From contig NZ_CP011042.1 of NCBI RefSeq assembly GCF_002310835.1, positions 600,001 through 632,000 of the forward strand: a stretch of DNA of 32,000 nt, written 5' to 3'. The first letter of the stretch is position 1; each line of letters starts with the position of its first letter. Source of the stretch: Pseudoalteromonas tetraodonis (GTDB lineage Bacteria; Pseudomonadota; Gammaproteobacteria; Enterobacterales; Alteromonadaceae). The notes under the pieces were generated by a model. It saw nothing but the letters and a program-made list of their open reading frames with translations, did not search any database and was not told the DNA's origin. Below are positions 1-10,182 of this stretch, one piece after another. The position numbers and the translations under genes are program-made.

Positions 1-1
1 A

Positions 2-1351
2 AACGAAGCGCTTATTGAAGCGTTAAATAATGGTGCTAAACACACCATTTTTTTTGTGTGCGAAAAACAATGGGCACAGCATAACACTGCCCCAATTCAA
101 ATTGATTTACTAAAACGCAGAGTCAGTTACATACGTGAAAAATTAGCTGAGTATGGCATTAATTTACACGTGATAGAGGCTCCTTATTTCACAGACTGCC
201 AAACTAAGCTTCTCGATTTTTGTCAGCAGTATGAGATTAAACACATAATAGCCAATAAAGAATATGAGCTTAATGAGTTTAATAGAGATAAAGCGATTCA
301 AGCGCAATGCGATCAACAGCAAATAACATTTACTTTATACGAAGGTGACATCATTGCACCTGTTGGCAGTGTACGCACTCAAAACAATGAAATGTATAAA
401 GTGTTTACGCCTTTTAAGCGGGCGTGGTTAAAACAGTATCAAGATACTCACTTTAGCTTGGTGTCGTGGCCATTATCTTCAAACCCTATTGATATTGAAT
501 CGTGTGAATTACTCAGCAGTGATGACAGTTCAAAGAAATGGCCGGTTGATGACGACACCTTAGCGAGTGTGGTCGATAATTTTATCCATGATAAATTAGC
601 AAGTTATGATGATGTACGCGATATACCTAGTGTAAAAGGAACATCGGGTTTAAGCCCATATTTAGCATTAGGGGTTGTTAGCAGTAAGCAGTTAATGGTC
701 AACATACAACAGCAGTATCCAGATATTTTGACTACCTCAAAAAGTAAAACCTTTACGTGGGTGAACGAGCTGATTTGGCGTGAATTTTATAAACACCTCA
801 TTGCCGAATTTCCTAAATTATCGCGCGGTGCTAATTTCAACGAAAAGTACGATAGTGTTGCTTGGCGTGATAATGAGGCTGAGTTTAAGCTTTGGTGTGA
901 AGGCCGCACTGGCTATCCACTTGTTGATGCTGCCATGCAACAGCTATTGCAAACTGGTTGGATGCACAACCGTTTGCGAATGGTAGTGGCAAGTTTCTTA
1001 ACTAAACATCTTTTAATCGACTGGCGTAAGGGCGAGCAGTTTTTTATGCAGCACCTTATTGATGGTGATTTAGCCTCGAATAATGGCGGCTGGCAATGGG
1101 CGGCAAGTACAGGCTGTGATGCACAGCCTTATTTTAGAGTGTTTAACCCTATTACTCAAAGTGAACGCTTTGATCCAAGTGGTCAATTTATTCGTAAATA
1201 TCTGCCTGAATTAGAAAAAGTCCCAGATAAACACATTCATTTTCCTCATACCTATTTAGCAGCAACGGGGCAAAGTGAACACTGTTACTGGCCGGCAATT
1301 GTTGATCATAAAGCAGCACGAGCTAGGGCTTTAGATGCATTTAAGGTGTGA
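2..1351 (+). CDS. phrB: deoxyribodipyrimidine (CPD) photolyase, 5' end outside window
   Basis: The reading frame is open from base 2 (NEALIEALNNGAKHTIFFV...), so the true start is upstream of the window. Collinear with E. coli PhrB, including MYKVFTPFKRAWL, WREFY, TGYPLVDAAM, GWMHNRLRM, DGDLASNNGGWQWAASTG and YFRVFNP. Confidence 0.92.
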   Translation, partial: NEALIEALNNGAKHTIFFVCEKQWAQHNTAPIQIDLLKRRVSYIREKLAEYGINLHVIEAPYFTDCQTKLLDFCQQYEIKHIIANKEYELNEFNRDKAIQAQCDQQQITFTLYEGDIIAPVGSVRTQNNEMYKVFTPFKRAWLKQYQDTHFSLVSWPLSSNPIDIESCELLSSDDSSKKWPVDDDTLASVVDNFIHDKLASYDDVRDIPSVKGTSGLSPYLALGVVSSKQLMVNIQQQYPDILTTSKSKTFTWVNELIWREFYKHLIAEFPKLSRGANFNEKYDSVAWRDNEAEFKLWCEGRTGYPLVDAAMQQLLQTGWMHNRLRMVVASFLTKHLLIDWRKGEQFFMQHLIDGDLASNNGGWQWAASTGCDAQPYFRVFNPITQSERFDPSGQFIRKYLPELEKVPDKHIHFPHTYLAATGQSEHCYWPAIVDHKAARARALDAFKV

Positions 1352-1352
1352 T

Positions 1353-1781
1353 ATGGATAACCAATTATCAGTCGATAAATTTGTAGAAATATATCAAAAG
1401 CTTGATAAAAATAACCTTGAGTTATTAACCGAAATTTACGCAAAAAATATACAATTTATAGATCCGCTGCACGAAATTAATGGTCTAGAAGATTTAAGGC
1501 GTTATTTTTGTGGTTTATACAGTAATGTTAAGGATTGTCGATTTGACATAACCGATTCATTTACCAACGATAATAACGCATTTGTGTATTGGACAATGTA
1601 TTACTCTCATCCAAAACTGAATGCCGGTAAAACAATCACAGTGCAAGGGCACAGCAAGTTGGTATTTGAAGGCGACAAAATTGTAAAACATCGAGATTAC
1701 TTTAATGCTGGTGAGCTGTTATACAAGCATATCCCATTACTAGGTAATATCATTAATTTTATTGATAAAAGGGCTGGTTAA
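1353..1781 (+). CDS. NTF2/SnoaL-like small protein
   Basis: ORF 1335-1781. The ATG at 1353 (MDNQLS...) lies 1 nt after the phrB stop and is preferred over the start inside phrB. The ~142-aa size and pattern fit NTF2/SnoaL-like proteins that accompany this cluster. Family call is from memory only. Confidence 0.55.
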   Translation: MDNQLSVDKFVEIYQKLDKNNLELLTEIYAKNIQFIDPLHEINGLEDLRRYFCGLYSNVKDCRFDITDSFTNDNNAFVYWTMYYSHPKLNAGKTITVQGHSKLVFEGDKIVKHRDYFNAGELLYKHIPLLGNIINFIDKRAG

Positions 1782-1783
1782 CT

Positions 1784-2494
1784 ATGATTACCCTTATTAC
1801 AGGTGCAACGTCGGGTATTGGTGAACAACTTGCTATTAAGTATGCCGAGCAGGGTGATACAGTGATTGCCTGCGGGCGTAATACGCAAAAGCTCGCTGAA
1901 CTTGCCAAACACAACAACATAGAAACCTGCCAATTTGACGCCACTAATTTACAAGATATAAAAGCGGCAACGTTAGGGTACACTCAATTTGACCGCGTAA
2001 TTCTTAATGCTGGAAACTGCGAGTATGTTGACGATGCACGTAATTTTGATAGCGCCTTATTTGAGCGCGTTATTAACGTTAACTTGTTATCAATGGGTTA
2101 CTGCTTAGAGGCGCTTTTACCAAAAATAGTCTCTGGCGGGCAATTAGTAATGGTTAGTTCAAGTGTTACTTATTTACCATTACCACGTTCAGAAGCCTAC
2201 GGTGCATCAAAGGCAGGCGTTAGTTATTTAGCTAAGAGCCTAGCGGTAGATTTAACCGATGTTGATGTGACATTAGTACACCCTGGTTTTGTAAAAACCC
2301 CTTTAACTGATAAAAATGATTTCCCTATGCCGATGGCTGTTACAGCCGAAAAAGCGGCTGACTATATAATAAAAGGCGTCGCTAAACGCCGCAAAGAAGT
2401 TCATTTCCCCTATCGTTTTACACTTATACTTAAAGCATTGCGAATATTGCCACTTTCGCTTTGGCTTAAAATTGCAAAAGGATTAACCCGTTGA
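1784..2494 (+). CDS. short-chain dehydrogenase/reductase (SDR)
   Basis: TGATSGIG cofactor motif at the N-terminus, NAG motif (VILNAGN) and catalytic YGASK (YxxxK). Starts 2 nt after the previous stop. Confidence 0.85.
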   Translation: MITLITGATSGIGEQLAIKYAEQGDTVIACGRNTQKLAELAKHNNIETCQFDATNLQDIKAATLGYTQFDRVILNAGNCEYVDDARNFDSALFERVINVNLLSMGYCLEALLPKIVSGGQLVMVSSSVTYLPLPRSEAYGASKAGVSYLAKSLAVDLTDVDVTLVHPGFVKTPLTDKNDFPMPMAVTAEKAADYIIKGVAKRRKEVHFPYRFTLILKALRILPLSLWLKIAKGLTR

Positions 2495-3744
2495 AAAAAA
2501 TAGCAATAATTGGGACTGGCGTATCAGGTTTAACCTGCGGGCATTTACTGCACAAGCATTACGATGTCACATTATTTGAAAAAAATGATTATATTGGTGG
2601 TCACACAGCAACTGTAGATGTAGAGCACAGCGGTATTAATTACGCGGTAGATACGGGGTTTATTGTATTTAATGATAGAACGTACCCTTATTTTGAAAAG
2701 TTGCTTGAACGCATTGGTGTAAAACGTAAACCGACACAAATGAGTTTTAGTGTGCATAACGAAGCAACCGGCTTTGAATACAATGGGCATACATTTAGTA
2801 GTTTATTTGCTCAGCGCAGAAATATAGTTAGACCTAAATTTTGGCGTTTATTGTATGACATCGTGCGTTTTAATAAGTTATGTAAGGCTTTGCACGCAAA
2901 AGGTCACTACACAGAGCAATCACTAGGTCAATTATTACAACAACATGGTTTTAATGATTTCTTTAAATACCACTACATTTTACCTATGGGTGCTGCCATT
3001 TGGTCTACTAGCATTAAAGAAATGGAAAATGTAGGGGTTGAGTTTTTTGTAAAGTTTTTCTTTAACCATGGTTTGCTAGACATTACCAATAGACCTCAAT
3101 GGTACGTTATTCCCGGTGGCTCGCGAGAATACATTAAGCCTTTAATTGCCGGTTTTGCCGACAACATAAAACTTAACAGTCACATTAAGTCTGTGACTAG
3201 AAACGCAGAAGGCGTAACAATTACCTTTGCAGATGATCAGCAAGCACAGTTTGATAAAGTCATTTTTGCCTGTCACTCTGATCAAGCTTTAGCTTTGCTT
3301 GGCGATCCTTGTGAGCAAGAAACCACTGTTTTGGGTGCTATCCCGTACACAGAAAATTCAGTAGTACTTCACACTGATGAATCATTATTACCGGATAGAA
3401 AAGCCGCATGGGCAAGTTGGAATTATTTGCTCAATAATAATACCGATAAAGCGGCGGTGATTACGTATCAAATGAATATACTGCAAGGGATAGAATCAGA
3501 TACACAGTTCTGCGTTACCTTGAATCATTTAGAAGGTATTAATCAGAGTAAAATTTTACGTGAATTTACCTATCACCACCCTGTATTTAACCAAGAGTCT
3601 ATTGCCGCCCAACAGCAAAAACATACCGTTGATGGACAAAATAACACGTACTTTTGCGGAGCGTATTGGTACAACGGTTTTCATGAGGATGGTGTGCGCA
3701 GCGCCGTTGATGTGGCCAAGCAACTTGGAGTAGAGTTTGACTAA
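2491..3744 (+). CDS. FAD/NAD(P)-binding amine-oxidase-like oxidoreductase
   Basis: N-terminal Rossmann motif KIAIIGTGVSGLTCGHLL...FEKNDYIGGH. The TTG start overlaps the SDR stop (TTGA), suggesting translational coupling. Confidence 0.8.
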   Translation: MKKIAIIGTGVSGLTCGHLLHKHYDVTLFEKNDYIGGHTATVDVEHSGINYAVDTGFIVFNDRTYPYFEKLLERIGVKRKPTQMSFSVHNEATGFEYNGHTFSSLFAQRRNIVRPKFWRLLYDIVRFNKLCKALHAKGHYTEQSLGQLLQQHGFNDFFKYHYILPMGAAIWSTSIKEMENVGVEFFVKFFFNHGLLDITNRPQWYVIPGGSREYIKPLIAGFADNIKLNSHIKSVTRNAEGVTITFADDQQAQFDKVIFACHSDQALALLGDPCEQETTVLGAIPYTENSVVLHTDESLLPDRKAAWASWNYLLNNNTDKAAVITYQMNILQGIESDTQFCVTLNHLEGINQSKILREFTYHHPVFNQESIAAQQQKHTVDGQNNTYFCGAYWYNGFHEDGVRSAVDVAKQLGVEFD

Positions 3745-4474
3745 TGCAGTGTATTTAGGCGATGTTAAACATCGCCGTTTTGCTGTTAAACATCATGCGT
3801 TTAGTTACCCGCTTTATATGATGTGGGTTGACTTAAATAACATCGAAGCACTTAATGGGGTACATAAACAACTTGGTACCACAGGATTTAAGGCTTTAAA
3901 ATTTAAACAGTCTGACTATTTGAAAGGATTGGCGAACACTGACAATAAGCCCATTGTAGAGCGTGCTCACGCTCAGTTAGCTGCGCTAGGGGTTACAGAA
4001 AAGTTCAGTCATGTTTATATGTTAGGGCAGTTACGTTGCTTGGGTATTTACTTTAGCCCCGTTAATTTTTATTTTTTTGGCCATGACGATAATCAATTTA
4101 GCTACATGGTCGCTGAGGTGAGTAATACCCCATGGAATGAACGACATTACTACTTGGTTCCACTACAAAAAAAAGTGAACTTTAAGAAAGTTTTTTCCGT
4201 ATCACCTTTTATGAACTTAGATATGAACTACCATTGGACTGTTCGACAAAAGCAAGACAATATACTGATACGTATAGAAAATAAGCGTGATGACGAATTA
4301 CTTTTTGACGCATCGTTAAGGTTACAGCGTCAAACACTCTGCACAGCACAAATGAGTAAATTGCTTAAGCGTTTTCCAGCAATGACATGGTCTATTTTCA
4401 AAGGTATTTACTATCAGGCATTTAAACTGTTTGTAAAAAAAGTCCCATTTTTAGGTCATTCAGGTAGATCATAA
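3737..4474 (+). CDS. DUF1365 family protein
   Basis: The N-terminus LGDVKHRRFAVKHHAFSYPLYMMWVDL is typical of DUF1365. TTG start at 3737 overlaps the upstream stop; a GTG at 3749 is an alternative start. Confidence 0.65.
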   Translation: MTNAVYLGDVKHRRFAVKHHAFSYPLYMMWVDLNNIEALNGVHKQLGTTGFKALKFKQSDYLKGLANTDNKPIVERAHAQLAALGVTEKFSHVYMLGQLRCLGIYFSPVNFYFFGHDDNQFSYMVAEVSNTPWNERHYYLVPLQKKVNFKKVFSVSPFMNLDMNYHWTVRQKQDNILIRIENKRDDELLFDASLRLQRQTLCTAQMSKLLKRFPAMTWSIFKGIYYQAFKLFVKKVPFLGHSGRS

Positions 4475-4528
4475 TTTTTTATTAATTTATGTTGTTTAAC
4501 AAGTAATAACAATAATATAGGTAAGTGT

Positions 4529-5791
4529 ATGGAAAAGGTATCGAGCTTACGCGTTCAAGAACGCACAAGTTGGTTTACTAACTTATACAAGAAGTTAGTA
4601 TTCAAAGCGTTCTCGTCTATTGAAACAGGCCAAATAGTGCTTGTAGACAATAATCAGCAGTCTGTATTTGGCGATACGTCATCAGAGCTTAAAGTAACGG
4701 TAACCGTTAATGATACTGCTATGTATAAAGCATTTGCGCTCTCGGGAAGTATTGGCGCGGGAGAATCTTACATATTAGGGCAGTGGCAGTGTGATAACTT
4801 AACTCGGTTGATAGAAATTTTTGCAATTAACCAAGACCAACTAGACGCATTTGAAAAGAAATTCGCTTTTTTTAGTAACATTGCTCATCGTATAAACCAC
4901 ATTAAAAATAAAAACTCTCACTCGGGCTCTAAAAAGAATATTGTTGCACACTACGACTTAGGCAATGACTTATACGAGTCTTTTTTAAGCAAAGAAATGC
5001 TTTATTCAAGTGCCGTATACCCAAGTAAAGACGCCACCCTTGAGCAAGCACAGCAATACAAACTACAGCGTATTTGTGAACAAGTCGAGTTACAACAAGG
5101 CGACATCGTCATTGAAATTGGTACAGGTTGGGGAGCATTTGCAATTTATGCGGCTACTCACTACGACTGCCATGTAACAACCACTACCATCTCTGATGAA
5201 CAGCACGATTATGTTGCAAATAAAATTAAAGAGCTTGGGCTTGAAAATAAAATAACTTTACTCAAACAAGATTACCGTTTACTAACCGGTAAATACGATA
5301 AGCTAGTATCAATTGAGATGATAGAAGCGGTTGGTCATGAGTACTTGCCTAGTTTTTTCACACAGTGCGGTCAGCTATTAAAAGACGACGGTGCTATGCT
5401 TATTCAAGCAATTACAATTAGCGACCAGCGTTACCAGCATTATTTAAAAAATTCTGACTTTATTCAGCAATATATTTTCCCTGGTGGGTGTTTGCCTTCG
5501 CTCAACGAAATGAGTGAGCAAATAAAAAATCATACCGATATGAATATCCACTCAGTTAGCGATATTGGTGCTCACTACGCAAGAACCCTTGCTGATTGGC
5601 GAGATCGTTTCATTGCAAGTTGGCCAAACCTCGATAGTAATAAATTTGATGAGCGATTTTACCGTCTATGGCTATTTTATTTTGCTTATTGCGAGGGCGC
5701 ATTTAGAACTCGCGCAACAAGCACCGTGCATTTAATGGCACGCAAACCCCGTTTTACGAGTAGTAATGATGAGATTGCACTCGCTTATTAA
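4529..5791 (+). CDS. cyclopropane-fatty-acyl-phospholipid synthase family SAM-dependent methyltransferase
   Basis: SAM motif I VIEIGTGWG, HYDLGNDLY, SIEMIEAVG and the C-terminal FRLWLFYFAYCEGAF signature of CFA synthase-like enzymes. Confidence 0.85.
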   Translation: MEKVSSLRVQERTSWFTNLYKKLVFKAFSSIETGQIVLVDNNQQSVFGDTSSELKVTVTVNDTAMYKAFALSGSIGAGESYILGQWQCDNLTRLIEIFAINQDQLDAFEKKFAFFSNIAHRINHIKNKNSHSGSKKNIVAHYDLGNDLYESFLSKEMLYSSAVYPSKDATLEQAQQYKLQRICEQVELQQGDIVIEIGTGWGAFAIYAATHYDCHVTTTTISDEQHDYVANKIKELGLENKITLLKQDYRLLTGKYDKLVSIEMIEAVGHEYLPSFFTQCGQLLKDDGAMLIQAITISDQRYQHYLKNSDFIQQYIFPGGCLPSLNEMSEQIKNHTDMNIHSVSDIGAHYARTLADWRDRFIASWPNLDSNKFDERFYRLWLFYFAYCEGAFRTRATSTVHLMARKPRFTSSNDEIALAY

Positions 5792-6269
5792 TTTTGTACT
5801 GTTTCAAGTAGTGTGGTTTTTATGCCTACTGCTTGAACAGCATTCAATTGTCTATTCAACAGTAGTCATTGCATTAATGTTTTATTTGTCAGCGCAAAAA
5901 AAACAGGATGCTTTTTTGCTTCTAAAGTGCTTACCACTAGCCTTACTAAGTGAGTTTATCGCGGTTAAGTTCGGTCTGATTGAATTTAAAGTAGCGCCAT
6001 TTCCACTTTGGTTAGTGTTTTTATGGGCTGCTTTATTGCTATGTATTAACACCTCTATGTCGTTTTTAACAACCATTAAACCTTGGCAAGCGTTTATTGT
6101 ATGCTTAGTGTTTGCACCAGGAAGTTACTGGGCAGGGGCGCGATTCGATGTGTTAGAGCTCGGCTTGCCGTTATGGCAATTTTGGCCTTTATACGGTGCT
6201 TTATGGGCTGCAACGTTTAGCGTTATTTTATTTATTAACGGTAAAATTGGCGCGTTTATTAAGCAATAA
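5766..6269 (+). CDS. polytopic membrane protein (DUF2878-like)
   Basis: Four to five hydrophobic helices. Overlaps the CFA-synthase-like gene by 26 nt and occupies the position DUF2878 holds in this conserved cluster. Family name is from memory. Confidence 0.5.
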   Translation: MMRLHSLINFVLFQVVWFLCLLLEQHSIVYSTVVIALMFYLSAQKKQDAFLLLKCLPLALLSEFIAVKFGLIEFKVAPFPLWLVFLWAALLLCINTSMSFLTTIKPWQAFIVCLVFAPGSYWAGARFDVLELGLPLWQFWPLYGALWAATFSVILFINGKIGAFIKQ

Positions 6270-6299
6270 AACAATTGTATTTACTGCTTGGAGCTGATT

Positions 6300-6788
6300 A
6301 TGAAAACGCTTTTAAATTTAGTACTAATTTATGCCCTGTTTAACCATGCTGCTTATGCTGATACCCAGTTTAACAAAGTGGGCGAGGCACGTATGGAATA
6401 CCTTTTTTGGGATGTTTATGATGCAACGCTTTTTACTCCCTCTGGATCTTATAGTCCCAAGCAAACGCCGGTTAAATTTACTTTAACTTACCTGCGCGAC
6501 TTTGATGCTAAAGACATTGTAAAAGCCACTAAAGAGCAATGGCAACATTTAGGTAAATCACAATTATCAGCTCGCTATGCAGATAAATTATTAGCCATAT
6601 GGCCAGACATTAAAAAGGGTGAATCGTTAACCTTACTGACCGATCAGCAAGGACACAGTATTTTCTTTCACAATGACAATGAAATAGGCCGCATAGAAGA
6701 CACCACTTTTGCAGATGACTTCTTAGCTATTTGGCTAAGTGAGAACACCTCAGAACCATCGATTAGAAATCAACTTTTAGGGATTTAA
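6300..6788 (+). CDS. secreted chalcone-isomerase-like protein
   Basis: The ATG at 6300 is preceded by GGAG (6290-6293) and preferred over the TTG at 6288. Signal peptide MKTLLNLVLIYALFNHAAYA. Size and context fit the chalcone isomerase-like family; the call is tentative. Confidence 0.5.
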   Translation: MKTLLNLVLIYALFNHAAYADTQFNKVGEARMEYLFWDVYDATLFTPSGSYSPKQTPVKFTLTYLRDFDAKDIVKATKEQWQHLGKSQLSARYADKLLAIWPDIKKGESLTLLTDQQGHSIFFHNDNEIGRIEDTTFADDFLAIWLSENTSEPSIRNQLLGI

Positions 6789-6789
6789 T

Positions 6790-7329
6790 ATGATTAATCT
6801 AAAACGTATCAAAGTAACTTTGCTACTGGTAGTAAGCTTCTTTATTGCAAGTTGTTCAGCGCCGAGTGTAGAGCATTACAAAGGCTCAGAACCTAATTTC
6901 GATTTTAAGACTTTTTTTAGCGGCGATTTAAAAGCCTACGGTGTTGTACAAGACTTTAAAGGCGAATTAACCCGAAAGCTTGTTGTAGACTTGAGCGCTA
7001 CGTGGGATGGCAACCAAGGCGTTATTGAGGAAGACTTCGTTTATGATGACGGCGAAACCCAAAAACGTATTTGGAAAATAACCTTAAACGACGACAACAC
7101 GTTAACCGGTACTGCTTCTGATGTTTTAGGCACGGCCACAGGCAAAAGTGAAGGCAGTGTTTTTCATTGGAACTACAATGTAGAAATTCCTTACGATGGC
7201 AGCACTTTTGAAGTTAACTTTGATGATTGGATGTATTTAGTCACCAACACGCGCTTGATAAACCGCACATCTATTGTTAAGTTTGGCGTTGAGGTCGGGG
7301 AAGTGACCTTAGTAATAGAAAAAATATAG
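6790..7329 (+). CDS. lipoprotein (DUF3833-like)
   Basis: Lipobox FFIASC after a signal sequence. Starts 1 nt after the previous stop. Family name from memory of this cluster. Confidence 0.55.
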   Translation: MINLKRIKVTLLLVVSFFIASCSAPSVEHYKGSEPNFDFKTFFSGDLKAYGVVQDFKGELTRKLVVDLSATWDGNQGVIEEDFVYDDGETQKRIWKITLNDDNTLTGTASDVLGTATGKSEGSVFHWNYNVEIPYDGSTFEVNFDDWMYLVTNTRLINRTSIVKFGVEVGEVTLVIEKI

Positions 7330-7340
7330 CGACTCATCAC

Positions 7341-7356
7341 AGTGCATAGCTGCACT
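7341..7356 (+). terminator. weak stem-loop after the cluster
   Basis: agtgca-tagc-tgcact, a 6-bp stem followed by atatttgtgctt. The T-tract is poor. Confidence 0.3.
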
Positions 7357-7537
7357 ATATTTGTGCTTAAATTAAGTTTTTGTTAACCCAACTCGCTGTA
7401 TTTTACAGTGAATTATTATAATTTTACTAATTTTTTAGTATTTTAGATAAAAAACGTAATTTGCTGTTGCTAACTCTTCGAAAATGCATAAAGATAGGAT
7501 TTGCGAAGGCAAAATAATAACGAATAGGAATCTAATA

Positions 7538-7813
7538 ATGAACAAAGCTCAACTAGTTGAAAAAATCTCTACTGACGCAGAAATCTCTAAAGCAGCCGCT
7601 ACACGTGCACTTGATGCATTCACAGGCGCTGTAACTTCTTCACTAAAAGAAGGCAACTCTGTTGCATTAGTTGGTTTTGGTACTTTTTCAGTTAAAGAAC
7701 GTGCTGCTCGCACAGGTCGTAACCCACAAACAGGTGCAGAAATCCAAATTTCAGCAGCGACTATTCCAAGCTTTAAACCAGGTAAAGGTCTTAAAGACCA
7801 AGTAAACCTATAA
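7538..7813 (+). CDS. hupB: DNA-binding protein HU-beta
   Basis: [11 protein letters not shown]...[25 protein letters not shown]...[14 protein letters not shown] is near-collinear with E. coli HupB. The ATG at 7538 with AGGA 8 nt upstream is preferred over the ORF-track start at 7484. Confidence 0.92.
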   Translation: MNKAQLVEKISTDAEISKAAATRALDAFTGAVTSSLKEGNSVALVGFGTFSVKERAARTGRNPQTGAEIQISAATIPSFKPGKGLKDQVNL

Positions 7814-7837
7814 GGTTTAGGTTTATAAAAATAATAA

Positions 7838-7862
7838 AAGGGCTATTAAGCCCTTTTTTTTT
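7838..7862 (+). terminator. rho-independent terminator of hupB, placed between convergent hupB and ilvH
   Basis: aagggct-atta-agccctt, a 7-bp stem followed by a run of 9 T. The 5' arm lies within a short A-run (aaaa, 7836-7839), so it may also act on the minus strand. Confidence 0.8.
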
Positions 7863-7878
7863 GCCGTAAATTTAACGC

Positions 7879-8379
7879 TTATTTAGCTTTAAGCGCCTTA
7901 TCTCCGCGACCAATGCCGACCGCGCCAGAGCGAACCACTTCTATAATGTCTGTTTCATGACGTAAGGTATCTAAAAACGACTCTATTTTATCGGTGCTGC
8001 TTACCAACTGTAGGCTGTAACTTTGACGCCCCATATCTAAAATAGCGCCCTGAAATACATCTACAACCCGCGTTACAGCAGCTCGCGTAGCTTCATCTTG
8101 AGCAAATACTTTTACTAGTAACAGTTCGCGCTCTATGTGGCTCATTTCGGTTAAATCAATCACCTTAAGTACATCGACCAGTTTATTTACCTGTTTGGTG
8201 ATTTGCTCAACAATTCTATCATCGCCTTTAGTGGTGACAGTAATACGCGAGAGTGACTCATCATCAGTGGTTCCAACAGTTAAACTATCAATATTGTAAG
8301 CTCGTTGAGAAAAAAGCCCCACTATACGTGATAACGCACCGGGTTCATTTTCTAATAATATAGATAATATACGACGCAT
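7879..8379 (-). CDS. ilvH: acetolactate synthase III small (regulatory) subunit
   Basis: [35 protein letters not shown] matches the E. coli IlvH N-terminus (ACT domain). The ATG at 8379 overlaps the ilvI stop (TAATG). The longer ORF-track start at 8406 is rejected. Confidence 0.92.
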   Translation of the reverse strand: MRRILSILLENEPGALSRIVGLFSQRAYNIDSLTVGTTDDESLSRITVTTKGDDRIVEQITKQVNKLVDVLKVIDLTEMSHIERELLLVKVFAQDEATRAAVTRVVDVFQGAILDMGRQSYSLQLVSSTDKIESFLDTLRHETDIIEVVRSGAVGIGRGDKALKAK

Positions 8380-10103
8380 TATGCCTTTACTCCTTTTCTT
8401 AACCACATCTCATCTATGCCACCGTGCTTAATTTGCATCGGGTAAACATGTTCTTTTTCGTCTACTAAAATATCTAAAAACACTAATCTATCGGTTATCG
8501 ACATGGCTTTGTCTATTGCCGGCTGTAATTCATCCAGTGTATTGACTCGTATTCCTACATGGCCGTAACTTTCTACAAGTTTTACAAAGTCAGGAAGTGA
8601 TTCCATATAGGAAGAGGAGTGTCTGCCGCCATAAATCATATCTTGCCATTGTCTAACCATACCTAGTGAACGGTTATTTAACGAGATCACTTTTACCGCT
8701 AAGTTGTATTGTAAACAGGTAGAAAGCTCTTGAATGTTCATTTGAATAGAGCCGTCGCCAGTCACACATAAAGACTCTTTATCCGGAAAGGCGAGCTTAA
8801 CCCCCATAGCTGCTGGTAAGCCAAAGCCCATGGTGCCTAAGCCACCTGAGTTGATCCACTGACGAGGGTGCTTAAATGGATAATACTGCGCTGCAAACAT
8901 TTGGTGTTGGCCCACATCTGAACTGACATAAGCATCACCATTAGTCGCTTTATAAATAGCCTCTATAACTGCTTGAGGTTTAATTTTATCGCCATCGGTA
9001 TTGTAGTTTAAGCATTTTTGTTCGCGCCAACTGATCACCTGTCGCCACCAATCTTCTTGTGCACTGCGGTCTATTTTTATTGGGCTTTTATCTATAGCAG
9101 TTTGTAACTGTTCAAGTACCGTGGCTAAACAGCCAACAACCGGAATATGTGCTTTTATGGTTTTGGAAATTGAAGTCGGATCGACATCTACATGCACGAT
9201 AGTGGCATTAGGGCAAAACTTTTGTACGTTATTGGTAACCCGATCATCGAATCGTGCGCCAAGGGCTAAAATAACATCAGCATTGGCCATGGCTTTATTT
9301 GCTTCTAATGTACCGTGCATACCCAACATACCAATAAAGTTAGGATGAATGCCTGATATACCACCTAGTCCCATTAGGGTATTGGTAATAGGGGCATTAA
9401 GCGATTCGACTAAGTGGGTTAGTTGCTCTGATGTATTTGAAAGCACAATTCCGCCACCAGAATAAATAACCAGCTTTTTCGCTTCTAAAATAGCAGTAAC
9501 GGCCTTACGAATTTGTTTAGAGTGACCCTTGGTATTAGGGTTGTAGGTTCTGAGTTCTGTTGCCGCTGGAAAGTTGTAAGCAAAAGTTAGCTCAGGGTTA
9601 AGCATGTCTTTAGGAAGTTCAACGACAACTGGGCCTGGGCGACCTGAGCTGGCAATATAAAAGGCTTTAGCAAGAATATTGGGGATTTCACTAGCGCTTC
9701 TACAATTAAAGCTATGCTTTACAATCGGACGAGAGCAGCCAACAATATCCGTTTCTTGAAACGCGTCATCGCCAATTAAGTTGGTTGGCACTTGACCTGA
9801 TAACACCACCATCGGAATAGAATCCATATACGCAGTTGCTATGCCTGTTACACAGTTTGTTGCCCCTGGTCCAGAAGTGGCAAGTACAACACCGACTTCA
9901 CCGGTTGCTCTTGCGTAACCATCGGCCATGTGTGTGGCGGCCTGTTCGTGACGGACTAAAATATGTTCAATATCATCTTGCTGAAATAGCGCATCATATA
10001 AGTCTAATACTGAGCCACCGGGGTAACCGAATATATACTTAACGTTTAACTCTTTTAATGACTTAACAACCAATTCAGAGCCATTATATTCTTGTTTACT
10101 CAT
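8379..10103 (-). CDS. ilvI: acetolactate synthase III large (catalytic) subunit
   Basis: [17 protein letters not shown] and the ThDP motif [14 protein letters not shown]...[12 protein letters not shown]. Start chosen at the ATG at 10103 ([16 protein letters not shown]), with GAGGA 6 nt upstream. The ATG at 10109 is also possible; 10172 is rejected. Confidence 0.9.
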   Translation of the reverse strand: MSKQEYNGSELVVKSLKELNVKYIFGYPGGSVLDLYDALFQQDDIEHILVRHEQAATHMADGYARATGEVGVVLATSGPGATNCVTGIATAYMDSIPMVVLSGQVPTNLIGDDAFQETDIVGCSRPIVKHSFNCRSASEIPNILAKAFYIASSGRPGPVVVELPKDMLNPELTFAYNFPAATELRTYNPNTKGHSKQIRKAVTAILEAKKLVIYSGGGIVLSNTSEQLTHLVESLNAPITNTLMGLGGISGIHPNFIGMLGMHGTLEANKAMANADVILALGARFDDRVTNNVQKFCPNATIVHVDVDPTSISKTIKAHIPVVGCLATVLEQLQTAIDKSPIKIDRSAQEDWWRQVISWREQKCLNYNTDGDKIKPQAVIEAIYKATNGDAYVSSDVGQHQMFAAQYYPFKHPRQWINSGGLGTMGFGLPAAMGVKLAFPDKESLCVTGDGSIQMNIQELSTCLQYNLAVKVISLNNRSLGMVRQWQDMIYGGRHSSSYMESLPDFVKLVESYGHVGIRVNTLDELQPAIDKAMSITDRLVFLDILVDEKEHVYPMQIKHGGIDEMWLRKGVKA

Positions 10104-10131
10104 CCTCATTCCTCTGTTGACTGATTTATGC

Positions 10132-10159
10132 AAAAAAAAACCCCCGCGTAGTGCGAGGG
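10132..10159 (-). terminator. attenuator terminator in the ilvIH leader
   Basis: Minus strand reads CCCTCGC-actac-GCGGGGG, a 7-bp stem with one G-U pair, followed by TTTTTTTTT. It lies between the leader ORF and the ilvI start. Confidence 0.75.
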
Positions 10160-10182
10160 TTTTAAAAAGCATGTTTCACCTT

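Noticed and set aside
10104-10172. N-terminal extensions are suggested by the ORF track: ilvI from 10172, ilvH from 8406, hupB from 7484, icd from 11605, the 124-aa form from 26095 and the 128-aa form from 25752.
   Set aside because: Alignment by eye with E. coli homologues and/or properly spaced Shine-Dalgarno sequences point to the downstream starts. The ilvI extension would also read through the attenuator hairpin.
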